The notes under the pieces are model-generated. The model made no database searches and had not been told where the DNA came from. It was given only the letters and a program-made list of their open reading frames with translations. The position numbers and the translations under genes were made by a program. Positions 1 through 9,198 of a stretch of 64,000 nucleotides of DNA are shown piece after piece. Position 1 is the stretch's first letter, and each line of letters begins with the position of its first letter. The DNA is from an uncultured Spirochaetales bacterium (GTDB taxonomy: Bacteria > Spirochaetota > Spirochaetia > SZUA-6): the NCBI GenBank assembly GCA_964596425.1, contig CAZQTC010000023.1, forward strand, positions 648,190 through 712,189, written 5' to 3'.

Positions 1-813
1 ACATCCCTCCAAAAAAGGGAGAAATTCCGGAAAATAATGCCACAGTTCATCTGGATCAATCCCGTAAAGCTCGAGCTCTCTAATCCCCGGTGTGTCGATT
101 AAAGCTGTAGACTCATCTAACTGATAAAGCTTTGCAAAATTCGTAGTATGTGCACCCCTATTGTACTTTCTGGAAATTTCACCCACCTTTATATCCCAGT
201 CCGGGCAAATAGCGTTCAAAATAGAGGATTTCCCAACACCGGATTGACCAGCAAAAACCACAGTATGCCCAAAAATGACAGATTTTAACTCTTCGATGCC
301 AATCCCCATCTTGGCCGAGGTGTATATAACCCGATACCCCGCCTTTTTAAAGTCACCTACTCGCCCATCCATTCCATCGGTAACCCCAAGATCAATCTTG
401 TTAATCACAACGATCGGTTCTAAACCACCGTACACTCCGCTTATTATCAATCTATCCAAAAACCGAGGTCTAAAGGGAGGATTATCCACAGAGCTCAAAC
501 ACACAAGTACATCGGCATTGGCGGCAATTATTTGAGGAGCTCTTTTCTTTTTATTCCAACGGACAAGAAACGATTTTCTGTTCTCTCGTCTTGTGATCCA
601 TCCCCTATCATCTAAGTGATCATCCGGTAAAAAAAACACAATATCACCAACCGCTATAGGATTGTAGTATCGCTTATCCTCTTTTAAAACCTTCCCCTTA
701 ATCCTGCATAACCACTCTCTCCCATCAGCTTTTACTGCGTATATATTATTTATTCCGTAAAAGACAATACCCCTAATAACATCTTTATTCTTTTTTTCAC
801 GCATCAAACTCAT
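1..813 (-). CDS. rsgA: Ribosome small-subunit biogenesis GTPase RsgA (YjeQ), C-terminus cut by window edge
   Basis: Reverse-strand reading from ATG at 811-813 gives MSLMREKK...NKIDL...VVFAGQSGVGKSSILNAI...DTPGIRELELYGIDPDE...GC. This is the circularly permuted G4-G1-G3 GTPase order typical of RsgA. The frame stays open to position 1, so it is absent from the ORF track because it runs off the edge. Confidence 0.8.
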   Translation of the reverse strand, partial: MSLMREKKNKDVIRGIVFYGINNIYAVKADGREWLCRIKGKVLKEDKRYYNPIAVGDIVFFLPDDHLDDRGWITRRENRKSFLVRWNKKKRAPQIIAANADVLVCLSSVDNPPFRPRFLDRLIISGVYGGLEPIVVINKIDLGVTDGMDGRVGDFKKAGYRVIYTSAKMGIGIEELKSVIFGHTVVFAGQSGVGKSSILNAICPDWDIKVGEISRKYNRGAHTTNFAKLYQLDESTALIDTPGIRELELYGIDPDELWHYFPEFLPFLEGC

Positions 814-1697
814 AAATCTATCTTTCCCATAAACTGCAAACCATATTTTTTAGCAAATCTGAGATAAGAATCCTCAAAAGGAGGATCCCCTGTCAAGTAG
901 AATGCATCCTCAGAAATAGTATTTTTCATTCCTTCTATATACACACCTGTTCCTGCTAATTTATCAATCAATTCCCTCTCCCTATCTATTTCTCGTTTCA
1001 AGCCTTCACTCTCCAATACCCGTATTACCTGATTACTCACTCCTTCGGTAGAATCCACCACTTCAATTCCACTACCCAAAACTTCTTTAATCTCTTCTCT
1101 AATCAGTACGAAGTGAGTACATCCAAGTACAACAGATTTCACCCCCAAATCTCTTACCCCTTCAAGTGCTCTCTGTAATTGTGCAATTCGTTCATCTATC
1201 GTCAAACTAAAATAGTATTTCTCCACAAGTTCCACTATACCGCTTGCAGGATACTTCACAACCTCGCATCCCTTAGCATATGTTTCAATTAAATTCCCAA
1301 GATATTCATCCTCCACCGTTCTCTTGGTAGCCAATACCGCAATCTTTTCACCGTCGCACCTGCTTGCTGCAGGCTTAACAGCCGGTACCACTCCCACAAA
1401 GGGTAAATTAAACTTATCTCGCAATTCAGAAAGAGCAACAACGGAGGCAGTATTACAAGCAATCACCACTAACTTTGGATTTTCCCTCTCCACAAGTTTG
1501 GAGACTCCCTCATACACAATTTTCTTAAGTGTCTCTGTATCTTTTTCTCCATAGGGGAAATTAGCCCTATCAGCCAGGTACACATATCTCTCTCCCGGAG
1601 CTTTGCGTCTCGTAATCATTAAATAGGGCAACCCCCCAACCCCGGAATCAAAAAAAGCAATTGGACGTGTATTATGTAATTCAAAAGACAATCCCAT
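810..1697 (-). CDS. murI: Glutamate racemase
   Basis: Motifs FFDSGVGGL, IACNTAS, LGCTHF are present. AGGAG lies 7 nt upstream of the internal ATG at 1697, so the true start is likely there rather than the track start at 1730. There is a 4-nt overlap with the rsgA start. Confidence 0.85.
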   Translation of the reverse strand: MGLSFELHNTRPIAFFDSGVGGLPYLMITRRKAPGERYVYLADRANFPYGEKDTETLKKIVYEGVSKLVERENPKLVVIACNTASVVALSELRDKFNLPFVGVVPAVKPAASRCDGEKIAVLATKRTVEDEYLGNLIETYAKGCEVVKYPASGIVELVEKYYFSLTIDERIAQLQRALEGVRDLGVKSVVLGCTHFVLIREEIKEVLGSGIEVVDSTEGVSNQVIRVLESEGLKREIDRERELIDKLAGTGVYIEGMKNTISEDAFYLTGDPPFEDSYLRFAKKYGLQFMGKIDL

Positions 1698-1773
1698 GCA
1701 AACTCCTACAGCACAACTTACTATAAACAAAAATAAATATAAAGTTTCACAGTCCTTCTATCAATTCCAATTC

Positions 1774-1802
1774 TTGTTATATTACCAGTTTTACTGTAAA
1801 AT
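1774..1802 (+). promoter_or_regulatory. sigma70-like promoter (TTGTTA-17nt-TAAAAT) directly upstream of pentapeptide-repeat gene
   Basis: TTGTTA at 1774-1779, a 17-nt spacer, TAAAAT at 1797-1802. ATG codons at 1804 and 1810 sit only 2-8 nt downstream of the -10, implying a leaderless or very short-leader mRNA. Confidence 0.35.
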
Positions 1803-1803
1803 T

Positions 1804-2409
1804 ATGAACATGTTTCCCACAAAAAAATGCGCAAAAGAAGGATGTAACGAATACGCACTGACTAATAGTGAGTTCTGTATCAATCACATTCCAAACAGAG
1901 AAAAATATATATCCGATCTAAAAAAACTACTTCAAGAGCGAGATTATTTTAGAGATCTATCCGCATGCGGTATAGAACTGGAGAACATGGATCTGTCGGG
2001 AAAACATTTTACCGAGTGCAATTTTTCAAAATCAAGATTCAAAAACGTTAAATTTGACGCTACAAAGATAACAATGGTGTTTTTTGATTTTTCCCTATTT
2101 GAAAACTGCAGCTTCAAAGAAACAGAAATCCGTTGTACGGTATTTGGAGGCTCCAAAATAAACAACTGCACCTTCGAGGGTTCAGACATATTAAGATGCA
2201 ATTTTAACGGGACCATTTGTACAAATGTTTCATTTAACGGCTCCGATCTTTATTCCTCCAGATTTGTCAATTCCTCGCTCAATAATATTCAACTAATTGA
2301 TTGCAATCTCAAAAATGTCCATTTCGAGAAAAGCATTAAACACAACGTAAATATGAAGTACTCAAACATAGAAGAAGCATATCTTGAAGATGAGGAAATT
2401 ACACTATGA
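1804..2409 (+). CDS. Pentapeptide-repeat protein with N-terminal Cys/His cluster (CxxxxC...CxxH)
   Basis: Tandem 5-residue repeats (CNFSK SRFKN VKFDA ... CTFEG SDILR CNFNG TICTN VSFNG SDLYS). The N-terminus reads KKCAKEGCNEYALTNSEFCINH. The track start at 1696 overlaps the murI start, so the internal ATG at 1804 or 1810 is the more likely start. Confidence 0.6.
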   Translation: MNMFPTKKCAKEGCNEYALTNSEFCINHIPNREKYISDLKKLLQERDYFRDLSACGIELENMDLSGKHFTECNFSKSRFKNVKFDATKITMVFFDFSLFENCSFKETEIRCTVFGGSKINNCTFEGSDILRCNFNGTICTNVSFNGSDLYSSRFVNSSLNNIQLIDCNLKNVHFEKSIKHNVNMKYSNIEEAYLEDEEITL

Positions 2410-2975
2410 AATTTTTTACCCACTTTTCCATTGTAGGATTTTCGAATTCTTATATACTTGGCCCGGATGAAGGCGGTGATGCCGTACTTATAGATCCTGG
2501 AATTTTCGATGTCAAGCTCCTACAACTTATAGAAAAAAACAGACTTTATATTAAATATATCCTTATAACCCACGCTCATCTTGCTCACGTTAAAGGAATA
2601 AAAACAATATTAAAAATATACGATGCAAGGATATATTCGTACAGGGATAGTATCCTGGACATACCCACCAACAAAGTAAGAGAATTGGACAAAATCAAGG
2701 CCGGTGAGTTCATATTTGATGTGTACGAAACACCTGGACATTCCTCCGATTCCCTAATATACGTTATGCAACATTTTATATTCACAGGAGATACCCTAAC
2801 AGCAGGTCTCCTAGGTTCTACAGACACAGGGTACGCCAGAGGTCTTATACTTTCCTCCATAAGAAAAAAAATTCTCACATTTGACGATTCCTTCTTCGTG
2901 TTTCCCGGACACGGTCCTCCCTCTAAGATAGAAATAGAGAGAAAAACCAATCCATACCTCAATGACAAATTGTAA
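2406..2975 (+). CDS. MBL-fold metallo-hydrolase, variant metal motif THAHLAH
   Basis: ILITHAHLAH (HxHxDH with D replaced by A), TPGHSSDS, FTGDTL, FPGHGP. The ATG overlaps the upstream stop (ATGA), so the two genes are translationally coupled. Confidence 0.7.
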   Translation: MKFFTHFSIVGFSNSYILGPDEGGDAVLIDPGIFDVKLLQLIEKNRLYIKYILITHAHLAHVKGIKTILKIYDARIYSYRDSILDIPTNKVRELDKIKAGEFIFDVYETPGHSSDSLIYVMQHFIFTGDTLTAGLLGSTDTGYARGLILSSIRKKILTFDDSFFVFPGHGPPSKIEIERKTNPYLNDKL

Positions 2976-2995
2976 CCCTTCTACCTAGAAAAAGA

Positions 2996-4039
2996 TTAAC
3001 AGGAAGCCAGGCTTTTAAGTACCATCCTGAATCTGGGGGGAAGTGGGGCCATAAACATTTTCAATTCAAATAACTTCCCATACGAAGAATACCCTTTTAA
3101 CGCGGTCGAATCTTTCCAATTCAACTCCTCCTTTAATTCCCCTAAAGAATCAAAACTGGTAGGTATTCTTATCCAAATTTTATACGCATGGAGCATAAGG
3201 GTGGCATCCGGGAAAAGTTTATCCTTACGGGAATAAATTGGATCTCCAAGTATTGGGCATCCAAGATACCTCATGTGCACTCTTAGCTGATGAGTCCGAC
3301 CCGTCCTTGGCCTGAGCAATACAAAAGAATAATCCGTAAAACTTCTAAGCACTCTGTAATCCGTTACAGCCCGTTTACCCCTGTCGGGTTCGTTAGTCCA
3401 GGCAAACCTTTTTCTGTTTTTTTTATCACGTATTAGATTCACATCTATCCGCCCCTTTGAGTTCGGAAGCACCCCCTTCACAACAGCGAGATATAGCTTT
3501 TTCACCCTTCGTGATTTAAATTCCCGGGAAAGAAATTCCAAAGTTTCCAAATTTTTAGCGGTTACCAAAACACCGCTGGTATCCTTATCCAATCTGTGTA
3601 CTATTCCGGGTCTGAGATCACCTATAGATTCATAAATCGCATCATTTATTTCTGAGGAAGAAGTATTTAGCTTTTCCCTAAGCGAAGCGTAGCGAAAGAC
3701 AAGAGCATTCACAACGGTACCAGAGTAATTTCCCGGTGCAGGATGCACAACCATTCCTTGCGGTTTATTAATTACAAGAACATTATCATCCTCATAGATA
3801 ACATCCAGAGAGATATTCTCCGGATTAATTTTTGGTGGTAATGGTTTTCTATACAAAACCATTACCCTGTCACCCAATTTTACCCTCTTTCCCAGTTTAA
3901 CCTCTCTACCATTCACAAAGGCCTTCAACACCCACTGTCGTATTTGACTTCTCGAACATAACTTCATTACATCCGAGACAAAACTATCGACTCTCATACC
4001 ATCGTAGAGTGGGTCATTAACAAAAGCTTCCAGAGTCAA
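2996..4039 (-). CDS. rluD: RluA-family 23S rRNA pseudouridine synthase with N-terminal S4 domain (RluD-like)
   Basis: HRLDKDTSGVLV catalytic motif. The N-terminal S4-like segment is MRVDSFVSDVMKLCSRSQIRQWV...NGREVK. The track start is a TTG, so the exact start is uncertain. Confidence 0.75.
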   Translation of the reverse strand: MTLEAFVNDPLYDGMRVDSFVSDVMKLCSRSQIRQWVLKAFVNGREVKLGKRVKLGDRVMVLYRKPLPPKINPENISLDVIYEDDNVLVINKPQGMVVHPAPGNYSGTVVNALVFRYASLREKLNTSSSEINDAIYESIGDLRPGIVHRLDKDTSGVLVTAKNLETLEFLSREFKSRRVKKLYLAVVKGVLPNSKGRIDVNLIRDKKNRKRFAWTNEPDRGKRAVTDYRVLRSFTDYSFVLLRPRTGRTHQLRVHMRYLGCPILGDPIYSRKDKLFPDATLMLHAYKIWIRIPTSFDSLGELKEELNWKDSTALKGYSSYGKLFELKMFMAPLPPRFRMVLKSLASC

Positions 4040-4068
4040 ATCTCTCCCAGAATCATTCCCAGATATTT

Positions 4069-4530
4069 TTATTCACCCTCCTTACCGTTCTTACTGTTCA
4101 GCACTTCTGTCTTGGGAAATTGAAACACTCCAAGCAAATAATCACTCACTGCCAAAATAAAAGACAGAGAGAGAGAACTAACAAGTATCCCCAGTTTCTC
4201 ACCATTCGTATATGGGACTGCATTGTACCCTCTAAATGGCCACGGGCTATAAGCCGGGCTCATACCATTAGAAAAATATCGGTACAAATCATAGCCCTCA
4301 AAGGAAAAGAATAGCATGAACGGTATTGAACCAAAAAATACAATCTCACCCCGTCGAAGTTCTCTAAGCCACCTCGGGAACTCATCTTCACTGTACGGCT
4401 GGGGCTTTTTCTCCTCTTTTTGAATGGCCGATGTGCTTGGTTCAGAGGAATTTTGATTTTCCCCTTCTCCATAAGAGAAAATACCTACCAGTATAAAGAT
4501 ACATATCAATAATATTGTAACTTTATGCAT
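4069..4530 (-). CDS. Hypothetical protein with N-terminal signal/TM segment
   Basis: ORF with a hydrophobic N-terminus (MHKVTILLICIFILVGIFSYG) and a second hydrophobic stretch; no recognisable domain. Confidence 0.4.
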   Translation of the reverse strand: MHKVTILLICIFILVGIFSYGEGENQNSSEPSTSAIQKEEKKPQPYSEDEFPRWLRELRRGEIVFFGSIPFMLFFSFEGYDLYRYFSNGMSPAYSPWPFRGYNAVPYTNGEKLGILVSSLSLSFILAVSDYLLGVFQFPKTEVLNSKNGKEGE

Positions 4531-4552
4531 CTCCTACCCTTCTAAAAAATGT

Positions 4553-5251
4553 TCAACTCCGCTTACCAAATATGGCTGTTCCAATTCTTAAAAGATTAGA
4601 ACCCTCTTCCACGGCTATTTCGTAATCACCTGACATCCCCATGGAGAGGATGTCAAAATCAAGTTCTGGATATTTATCTTTAGTTTTCTCAAATAACACC
4701 CTTAACTTATTAAATGCTTCTCGTATTTTCTTTTCATCATCCGTCAATGGTCCTACAGTCATTAACCCCCTTATTCGCAATTTCTCTAACTCCATCACCC
4801 TTTCAAGTACCGAGAAATACTCATCCTCACCTTTAAACCCAAACTTGGACTCTTCACCCGAGGTATTAATCTCAAAGAGAACGTCTATAATTCTTCCCAT
4901 TTCACCACACCGTTTATTAAGAGCCTCTGCCGTCTCATATTTATCTATTGACTGAACGGTATGAAAAATCCAGGCGGCAGTTTTAGCCTTGTTTCTCTGC
5001 AAATGTCCAATAAGATGTAGCTCCACAGGCTCACTTACTTGAATATACTTATCAAAAGCCTCGTTTACCCTATTTTCACCAAAGAGGGTAAAACCTGCTT
5101 TTATTGCCATCTCCACATATTCTACCGGAAAGGTCTTCGTTACAGCCATTATTCGAACTTCTTCTACCCTCCTATTAGATCTATCACACGCCCTCCTAAC
5201 ATTTTCTTTGATCCTCTCATAATTGTCCCGTATAGTTTCTAAATCAATCAT
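4553..5251 (-). CDS. yggS: YggS-family pyridoxal-phosphate homeostasis protein
   Basis: IMAVTKTFP (PLP lysine) and HLIGHLQRNKAK motifs; about 230 aa, as expected for an alanine-racemase-N-like fold. Confidence 0.8.
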   Translation of the reverse strand: MIDLETIRDNYERIKENVRRACDRSNRRVEEVRIMAVTKTFPVEYVEMAIKAGFTLFGENRVNEAFDKYIQVSEPVELHLIGHLQRNKAKTAAWIFHTVQSIDKYETAEALNKRCGEMGRIIDVLFEINTSGEESKFGFKGEDEYFSVLERVMELEKLRIRGLMTVGPLTDDEKKIREAFNKLRVLFEKTKDKYPELDFDILSMGMSGDYEIAVEEGSNLLRIGTAIFGKRS

Positions 5252-5321
5252 TCCTAAACTCCAATAAAAATCTTTAAAAGGGATTTAATCTCCCTTGCCT
5301 TTGATTATCTTACCACTTATC

Positions 5322-5912
5322 TTACCACCTAAGACCCCCAATAGGTGGATATGCCTTTTTTAATGCAATTGTCAATGGGACTCCACCTATAATCCCAGCC
5401 ACATTTTGCAAAACATTGCCAGGCAACTCAACCAAGGCAGCACCAAAACCCACAATAAATGTCTCTGCAAGGAGATATCCCCCCGCCATAACTACAGTAC
5501 CCCCTACAAAAGCAAGTACCAACCTAACAATAACTTGCCAACTAAAATTTCCCATAAGAAAATCCGCAGCTTCAACCCTGTCCAGTTTCTCTCTTTTTTG
5601 AACAGCCATTCCAACAATCAACCCAATAACAAACCCCTGAAACCCATGAGCCAAAAGTGTAATCGGAGCCCACTGAGCAAAACCACCCAATATATCCGCT
5701 AATGAAGTACCCAGGCCCCCGGTTATAAACGCTGTGAACGGCCCAAAGGCAAAGGCTGAAAAATATATGGCCACATCTCCCAGATTTATATAGCCTCGAG
5801 TCGGGGCAACAGGAATCCTAACCGCAAGTGTAAAAACTGTTGTTATGGCAGTTAAGATGGTAATGGTTGAAATACGTAACGCAAGGCTCTTTTGCACCTC
5901 TGTTTTTGTCAT
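5322..5912 (-). CDS. ECF transporter substrate-specific (S) component
   Basis: A 196-aa polytopic membrane protein, Gly/Ala-rich, lying directly downstream of EcfT and the EcfAA' ATPase. GGAGGGAG lies 4 nt upstream of its ATG. Confidence 0.6.
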   Translation of the reverse strand: MTKTEVQKSLALRISTITILTAITTVFTLAVRIPVAPTRGYINLGDVAIYFSAFAFGPFTAFITGGLGTSLADILGGFAQWAPITLLAHGFQGFVIGLIVGMAVQKREKLDRVEAADFLMGNFSWQVIVRLVLAFVGGTVVMAGGYLLAETFIVGFGAALVELPGNVLQNVAGIIGGVPLTIALKKAYPPIGGLRW

Positions 5913-5968
5913 CTTACTCCCTCCAAAAAATTAATCCCATAATAATTTAATAATCAAAGTTAAAATAA

Positions 5969-6739
5969 TTAACCGATTTTGAAAAAAAATAAAGGGAACA
6001 ACATAATTCCACAGAACAAAAATACCACAAGCAAATCTCTCAAAGCGTATCTAAAATTTTTCAACTCAAGATACGAACTTCTCCTTTTCCTCCTTCCCAG
6101 ACCTCTACACTCCAAACTCATTGCAAGCGTAGGTATCCGTTTTATCGCATATATCATCAGAGAAACCAAAATAGGAAACACTTTAGCTCTGCTGCCTTTA
6201 ACATTATCCCCTGGAAACACCCCCCGGAGCTTATGGGCACTCTTAATATCATTATAAACATCTGTCAAGTAGGGAATATACCGAAGCGAAACCGTTATCG
6301 TAAGAGCAAACCGAAAGGGCAGACCGAACCATCTAAGAGTTAATATAGCCTCTGTTTGGGTTGTGGAGAGATAAAAGAGAAAAAAAACCAGAGTTATACC
6401 ACAAAATCGAATGACTAATCTGAAACCTAACAGAAGTCCATCTACCGTAATGATAGGGATTCTTCCTATAACAACTAAAACTTCACCACTCCTATTAAAA
6501 AGAGGAGTTAATACAAAAATTAATAAAAGAAGAGGTGCTATGCCAAACAGTGGTGGTTTAAGAGATCTAACCCCAAAAAATGCAACACTCAGCAAAATTG
6601 TCAAAATTAAATACCCCAATAAAAAAACAAGAGATATATTAAGAAAAAACACAACTAAGAATATAACCAGAAATACTATTTTTGCTCTGGGATCAAACTC
6701 TCTTATTAATCCCGCTCTCATTAATCTAATTCCCCCCAC
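5969..6739 (-). CDS. ecfT: Energy-coupling factor transporter transmembrane protein EcfT (CbiQ family)
   Basis: A 256-aa polytopic membrane protein positioned between the ECF ATPase and the S component. Confidence 0.7.
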   Translation of the reverse strand: MGGIRLMRAGLIREFDPRAKIVFLVIFLVVFFLNISLVFLLGYLILTILLSVAFFGVRSLKPPLFGIAPLLLLIFVLTPLFNRSGEVLVVIGRIPIITVDGLLLGFRLVIRFCGITLVFFLFYLSTTQTEAILTLRWFGLPFRFALTITVSLRYIPYLTDVYNDIKSAHKLRGVFPGDNVKGSRAKVFPILVSLMIYAIKRIPTLAMSLECRGLGRRKRRSSYLELKNFRYALRDLLVVFLFCGIMLFPLFFFKIG

Positions 6740-6754
6740 TAATCAATTTTGTTA

Positions 6755-8299
6755 TCAATGCATCTCTCTCAATACCCCATCGGTGAAAACAAAAATCTTA
6801 TTAGATACCATCTTAGCCATTCTGATATCATGGGTTATAAATATTAATGCCTCCTCTTTAGAGTACAGTTTGGAGAGTAAAAATAACAGATCAACAGAAG
6901 AGATACCAGAATCTATCTCGTCAAGAATGAGAACCTTCCTTCTAAGCAAATAATAAGTCGCAGCCTGTAATTTACGTTTGGCCCCAAAGCTTAATAATGT
7001 GGGAGGAGTCTCCAATGGAGGAAGCAAAAATTCTTTGGCTATCCTAGAAACCGTTTCCTCTATCTCAACCTTAGACATTCCTTTCAATTTCAAACCCAAT
7101 GCAAGTTCGTCACGGATTGTCGGTAAAAATATTTGATAATCCGGATCCTGAAATATATAACCAATATATGAGTTCAACTTTGCAGCAGATGCCTCTTTCA
7201 ACTCTATACCATTTCTTCTCCTATCATTCTCACCTTCAGAACTTCTTTCATCTTCACTAAGGATTCTAATCGTACCACTATCCGGTTTTAATATCCCGCA
7301 GAGAATCTTAGCGAAAGTAGACTTTCCAGAACCATTTTTTCCGAGAAGGGCAATCACCTCACCTTGATTGACTGTAAAGCTTTCCACCATCAACCTGAAC
7401 ACATGCAAATTCTCATCTATACCACCACTACTACCTGTGGCATAGGAAAACTCTAAATTGTCTACATTTACAAGCGGCAAATTATCAGACGAAACAGTGC
7501 CCCCTCCAATCCATTCTATCTTTACATCTGATGAATCAAATAAAACCCCTCGCTTAGTCAAATCATCCAAAAAAGTCTCCACATTTTCCCTCTCATATCG
7601 AATCAACCCTCGTTTATCCAACACATAATAATCACTAACAACCTCTCTGTAGATATCAAACCACTTGGAGGCAAACAAAATTGAAGTTCTTTCAGATTCA
7701 AAAAATAACATAAGCAGGTGTTCTCTTATATCACTATCCAATTCGTCAAAGGTCTCATCAAAAATATAGAGAGAGGGAGATATTGCCAGGAGAGCAGCTA
7801 CCATCAATCTCTTTTTCTCCCCCCCCGAGAGATTGTGGGGATTTTCACCCTTATATCGTGACAAACCAACTATTTCTAAAGCCCTATCAACCCGACGAAT
7901 AATCTCCTCTCTGGGATATCCCAACGATTCAAGGGCAAACGCAATCTCCGTATCACAGGAAGTGGTGAGTATTTGTTCATCCGGATTCTGAAAAACAATT
8001 CCGACATCCTCTACCAAATCATATGGGTTGCTACTCAGCACATCCTTTCCATTCAAAAGCACACGACCCTCAATATAACCTCCCGTAAACCTCGGAATCA
8101 AACCACAAAATATTCTCGCTAATGTGGTTTTTCCCGTATCGGGGGGAGCAAGAATAAGGGATATGGAACCCTTTTTTACCCTAAGATTTAAACCGGAAAA
8201 TAAAATTTCCGTCCTAAAATTAGAATACTCCGGATAGCGAAAGGACAAATTCTTTACATCCAGAAGCTCGTTTTCTTCACCTGTAAAACTTCCAAACAC
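6755..8299 (-). CDS. ECF transporter ATPase, fused duplicated EcfA-EcfA' (YkoD-like)
   Basis: Two complete ABC cassettes in one protein. Walker A motifs are APPDTGKTT and GKNGSGKST, the signature is LSGGEKKR, and Walker B is IFDE / ILDE. Confidence 0.8.
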   Translation of the reverse strand: MFGSFTGEENELLDVKNLSFRYPEYSNFRTEILFSGLNLRVKKGSISLILAPPDTGKTTLARIFCGLIPRFTGGYIEGRVLLNGKDVLSSNPYDLVEDVGIVFQNPDEQILTTSCDTEIAFALESLGYPREEIIRRVDRALEIVGLSRYKGENPHNLSGGEKKRLMVAALLAISPSLYIFDETFDELDSDIREHLLMLFFESERTSILFASKWFDIYREVVSDYYVLDKRGLIRYERENVETFLDDLTKRGVLFDSSDVKIEWIGGGTVSSDNLPLVNVDNLEFSYATGSSGGIDENLHVFRLMVESFTVNQGEVIALLGKNGSGKSTFAKILCGILKPDSGTIRILSEDERSSEGENDRRRNGIELKEASAAKLNSYIGYIFQDPDYQIFLPTIRDELALGLKLKGMSKVEIEETVSRIAKEFLLPPLETPPTLLSFGAKRKLQAATYYLLRRKVLILDEIDSGISSVDLLFLLSKLYSKEEALIFITHDIRMAKMVSNKIFVFTDGVLREMH

Positions 8300-8356
8300 A
8301 CCACCACAATAGAAATAAATAAAAGAACAATCAATACCAATATTGACAATTTCAAA

Positions 8357-9184
8357 ATGTTGAAACTATATAACGTAAGAATGGAAGAACACAAAAATAA
8401 TACTGCAAGACTTATTATAGGAACCAGCGGGTATTCGTACCCTGACTGGGTAGGCACATTTTATCCCCCCAACCTTTCCCGGAAGGATTTTCTTAAATAT
8501 TACACCACATATTTTGACGGGGTCGAACTAAATTACACTTATTACTCTCCCCCAAAGGCAAAAACTCTGGAAAAAATGGTTAATCAAACCCCCAGAGATT
8601 TTGTCTTCTCAGTTAAAGCTCACAAAAGCTTCACCCACGAACGGAAAGAAATTACATCCAGTTCTGTAAAAGATTTTCTTACACAGCTCCAACCGTTAAA
8701 AGAATCAAACAAGCTTGCAGTAGTTCTTCTACAGTTCCCCTATAGTTTCCACTATACAAAACAAAATAGATACTTTCTCTGCAAACTTCTCGATAATTTC
8801 AGGGAAGTCCCTCTGGCAGTTGAGTTCCGTAATAAAGAATGGCAGAGAGACTCCGTAATCAAAGAGCTAAGAGATAGAGATATTTCATACGTCAATGTTG
8901 ACCTTCCCTCACTTAAAAATCTCCCATCACCGACGGGCATCATAACCTCACATATAGGTTACTTAAGGTTCCATGGCCGTAACAGCGACAACTGGTGGAG
9001 TGGCAATAATGTGAGCAGATACGATTACAGATATACAGATGAAGAATTGAATCAATGGATTTTACCTATAAAAAGAATGCTAAGTACAAGCTCTCTCTTA
9101 CTTGTTTTTTTTAACAACCACCGAAACGGGAAAGCTACACAGGATGCAAAAAAGTTAAAATCCCTACTTAGATCTGCCTATTAA
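8357..9184 (+). CDS. DUF72 family protein (YecE-like)
   Basis: LIIGTSGYSYPDW near the N-terminus and the overall length fit DUF72. The true start is possibly the internal Met at about 8381. Confidence 0.7.
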   Translation: MLKLYNVRMEEHKNNTARLIIGTSGYSYPDWVGTFYPPNLSRKDFLKYYTTYFDGVELNYTYYSPPKAKTLEKMVNQTPRDFVFSVKAHKSFTHERKEITSSSVKDFLTQLQPLKESNKLAVVLLQFPYSFHYTKQNRYFLCKLLDNFREVPLAVEFRNKEWQRDSVIKELRDRDISYVNVDLPSLKNLPSPTGIITSHIGYLRFHGRNSDNWWSGNNVSRYDYRYTDEELNQWILPIKRMLSTSSLLLVFFNNHRNGKATQDAKKLKSLLRSAY

Positions 9185-9198
9185 ATTTGCTTACCAGA

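Noticed and set aside
275-535. 86-aa plus-strand ORF
   Set aside because: It lies entirely antisense within the well-supported rsgA coding sequence and has no RBS.
8300-8400. Looked for a TPP (THI-box) riboswitch ahead of the YkoD-like ECF operon
   Set aside because: Only about 57-80 nt of spacer are available. No CTGAGA or conserved THI-box stem sequences appear on the operon strand.
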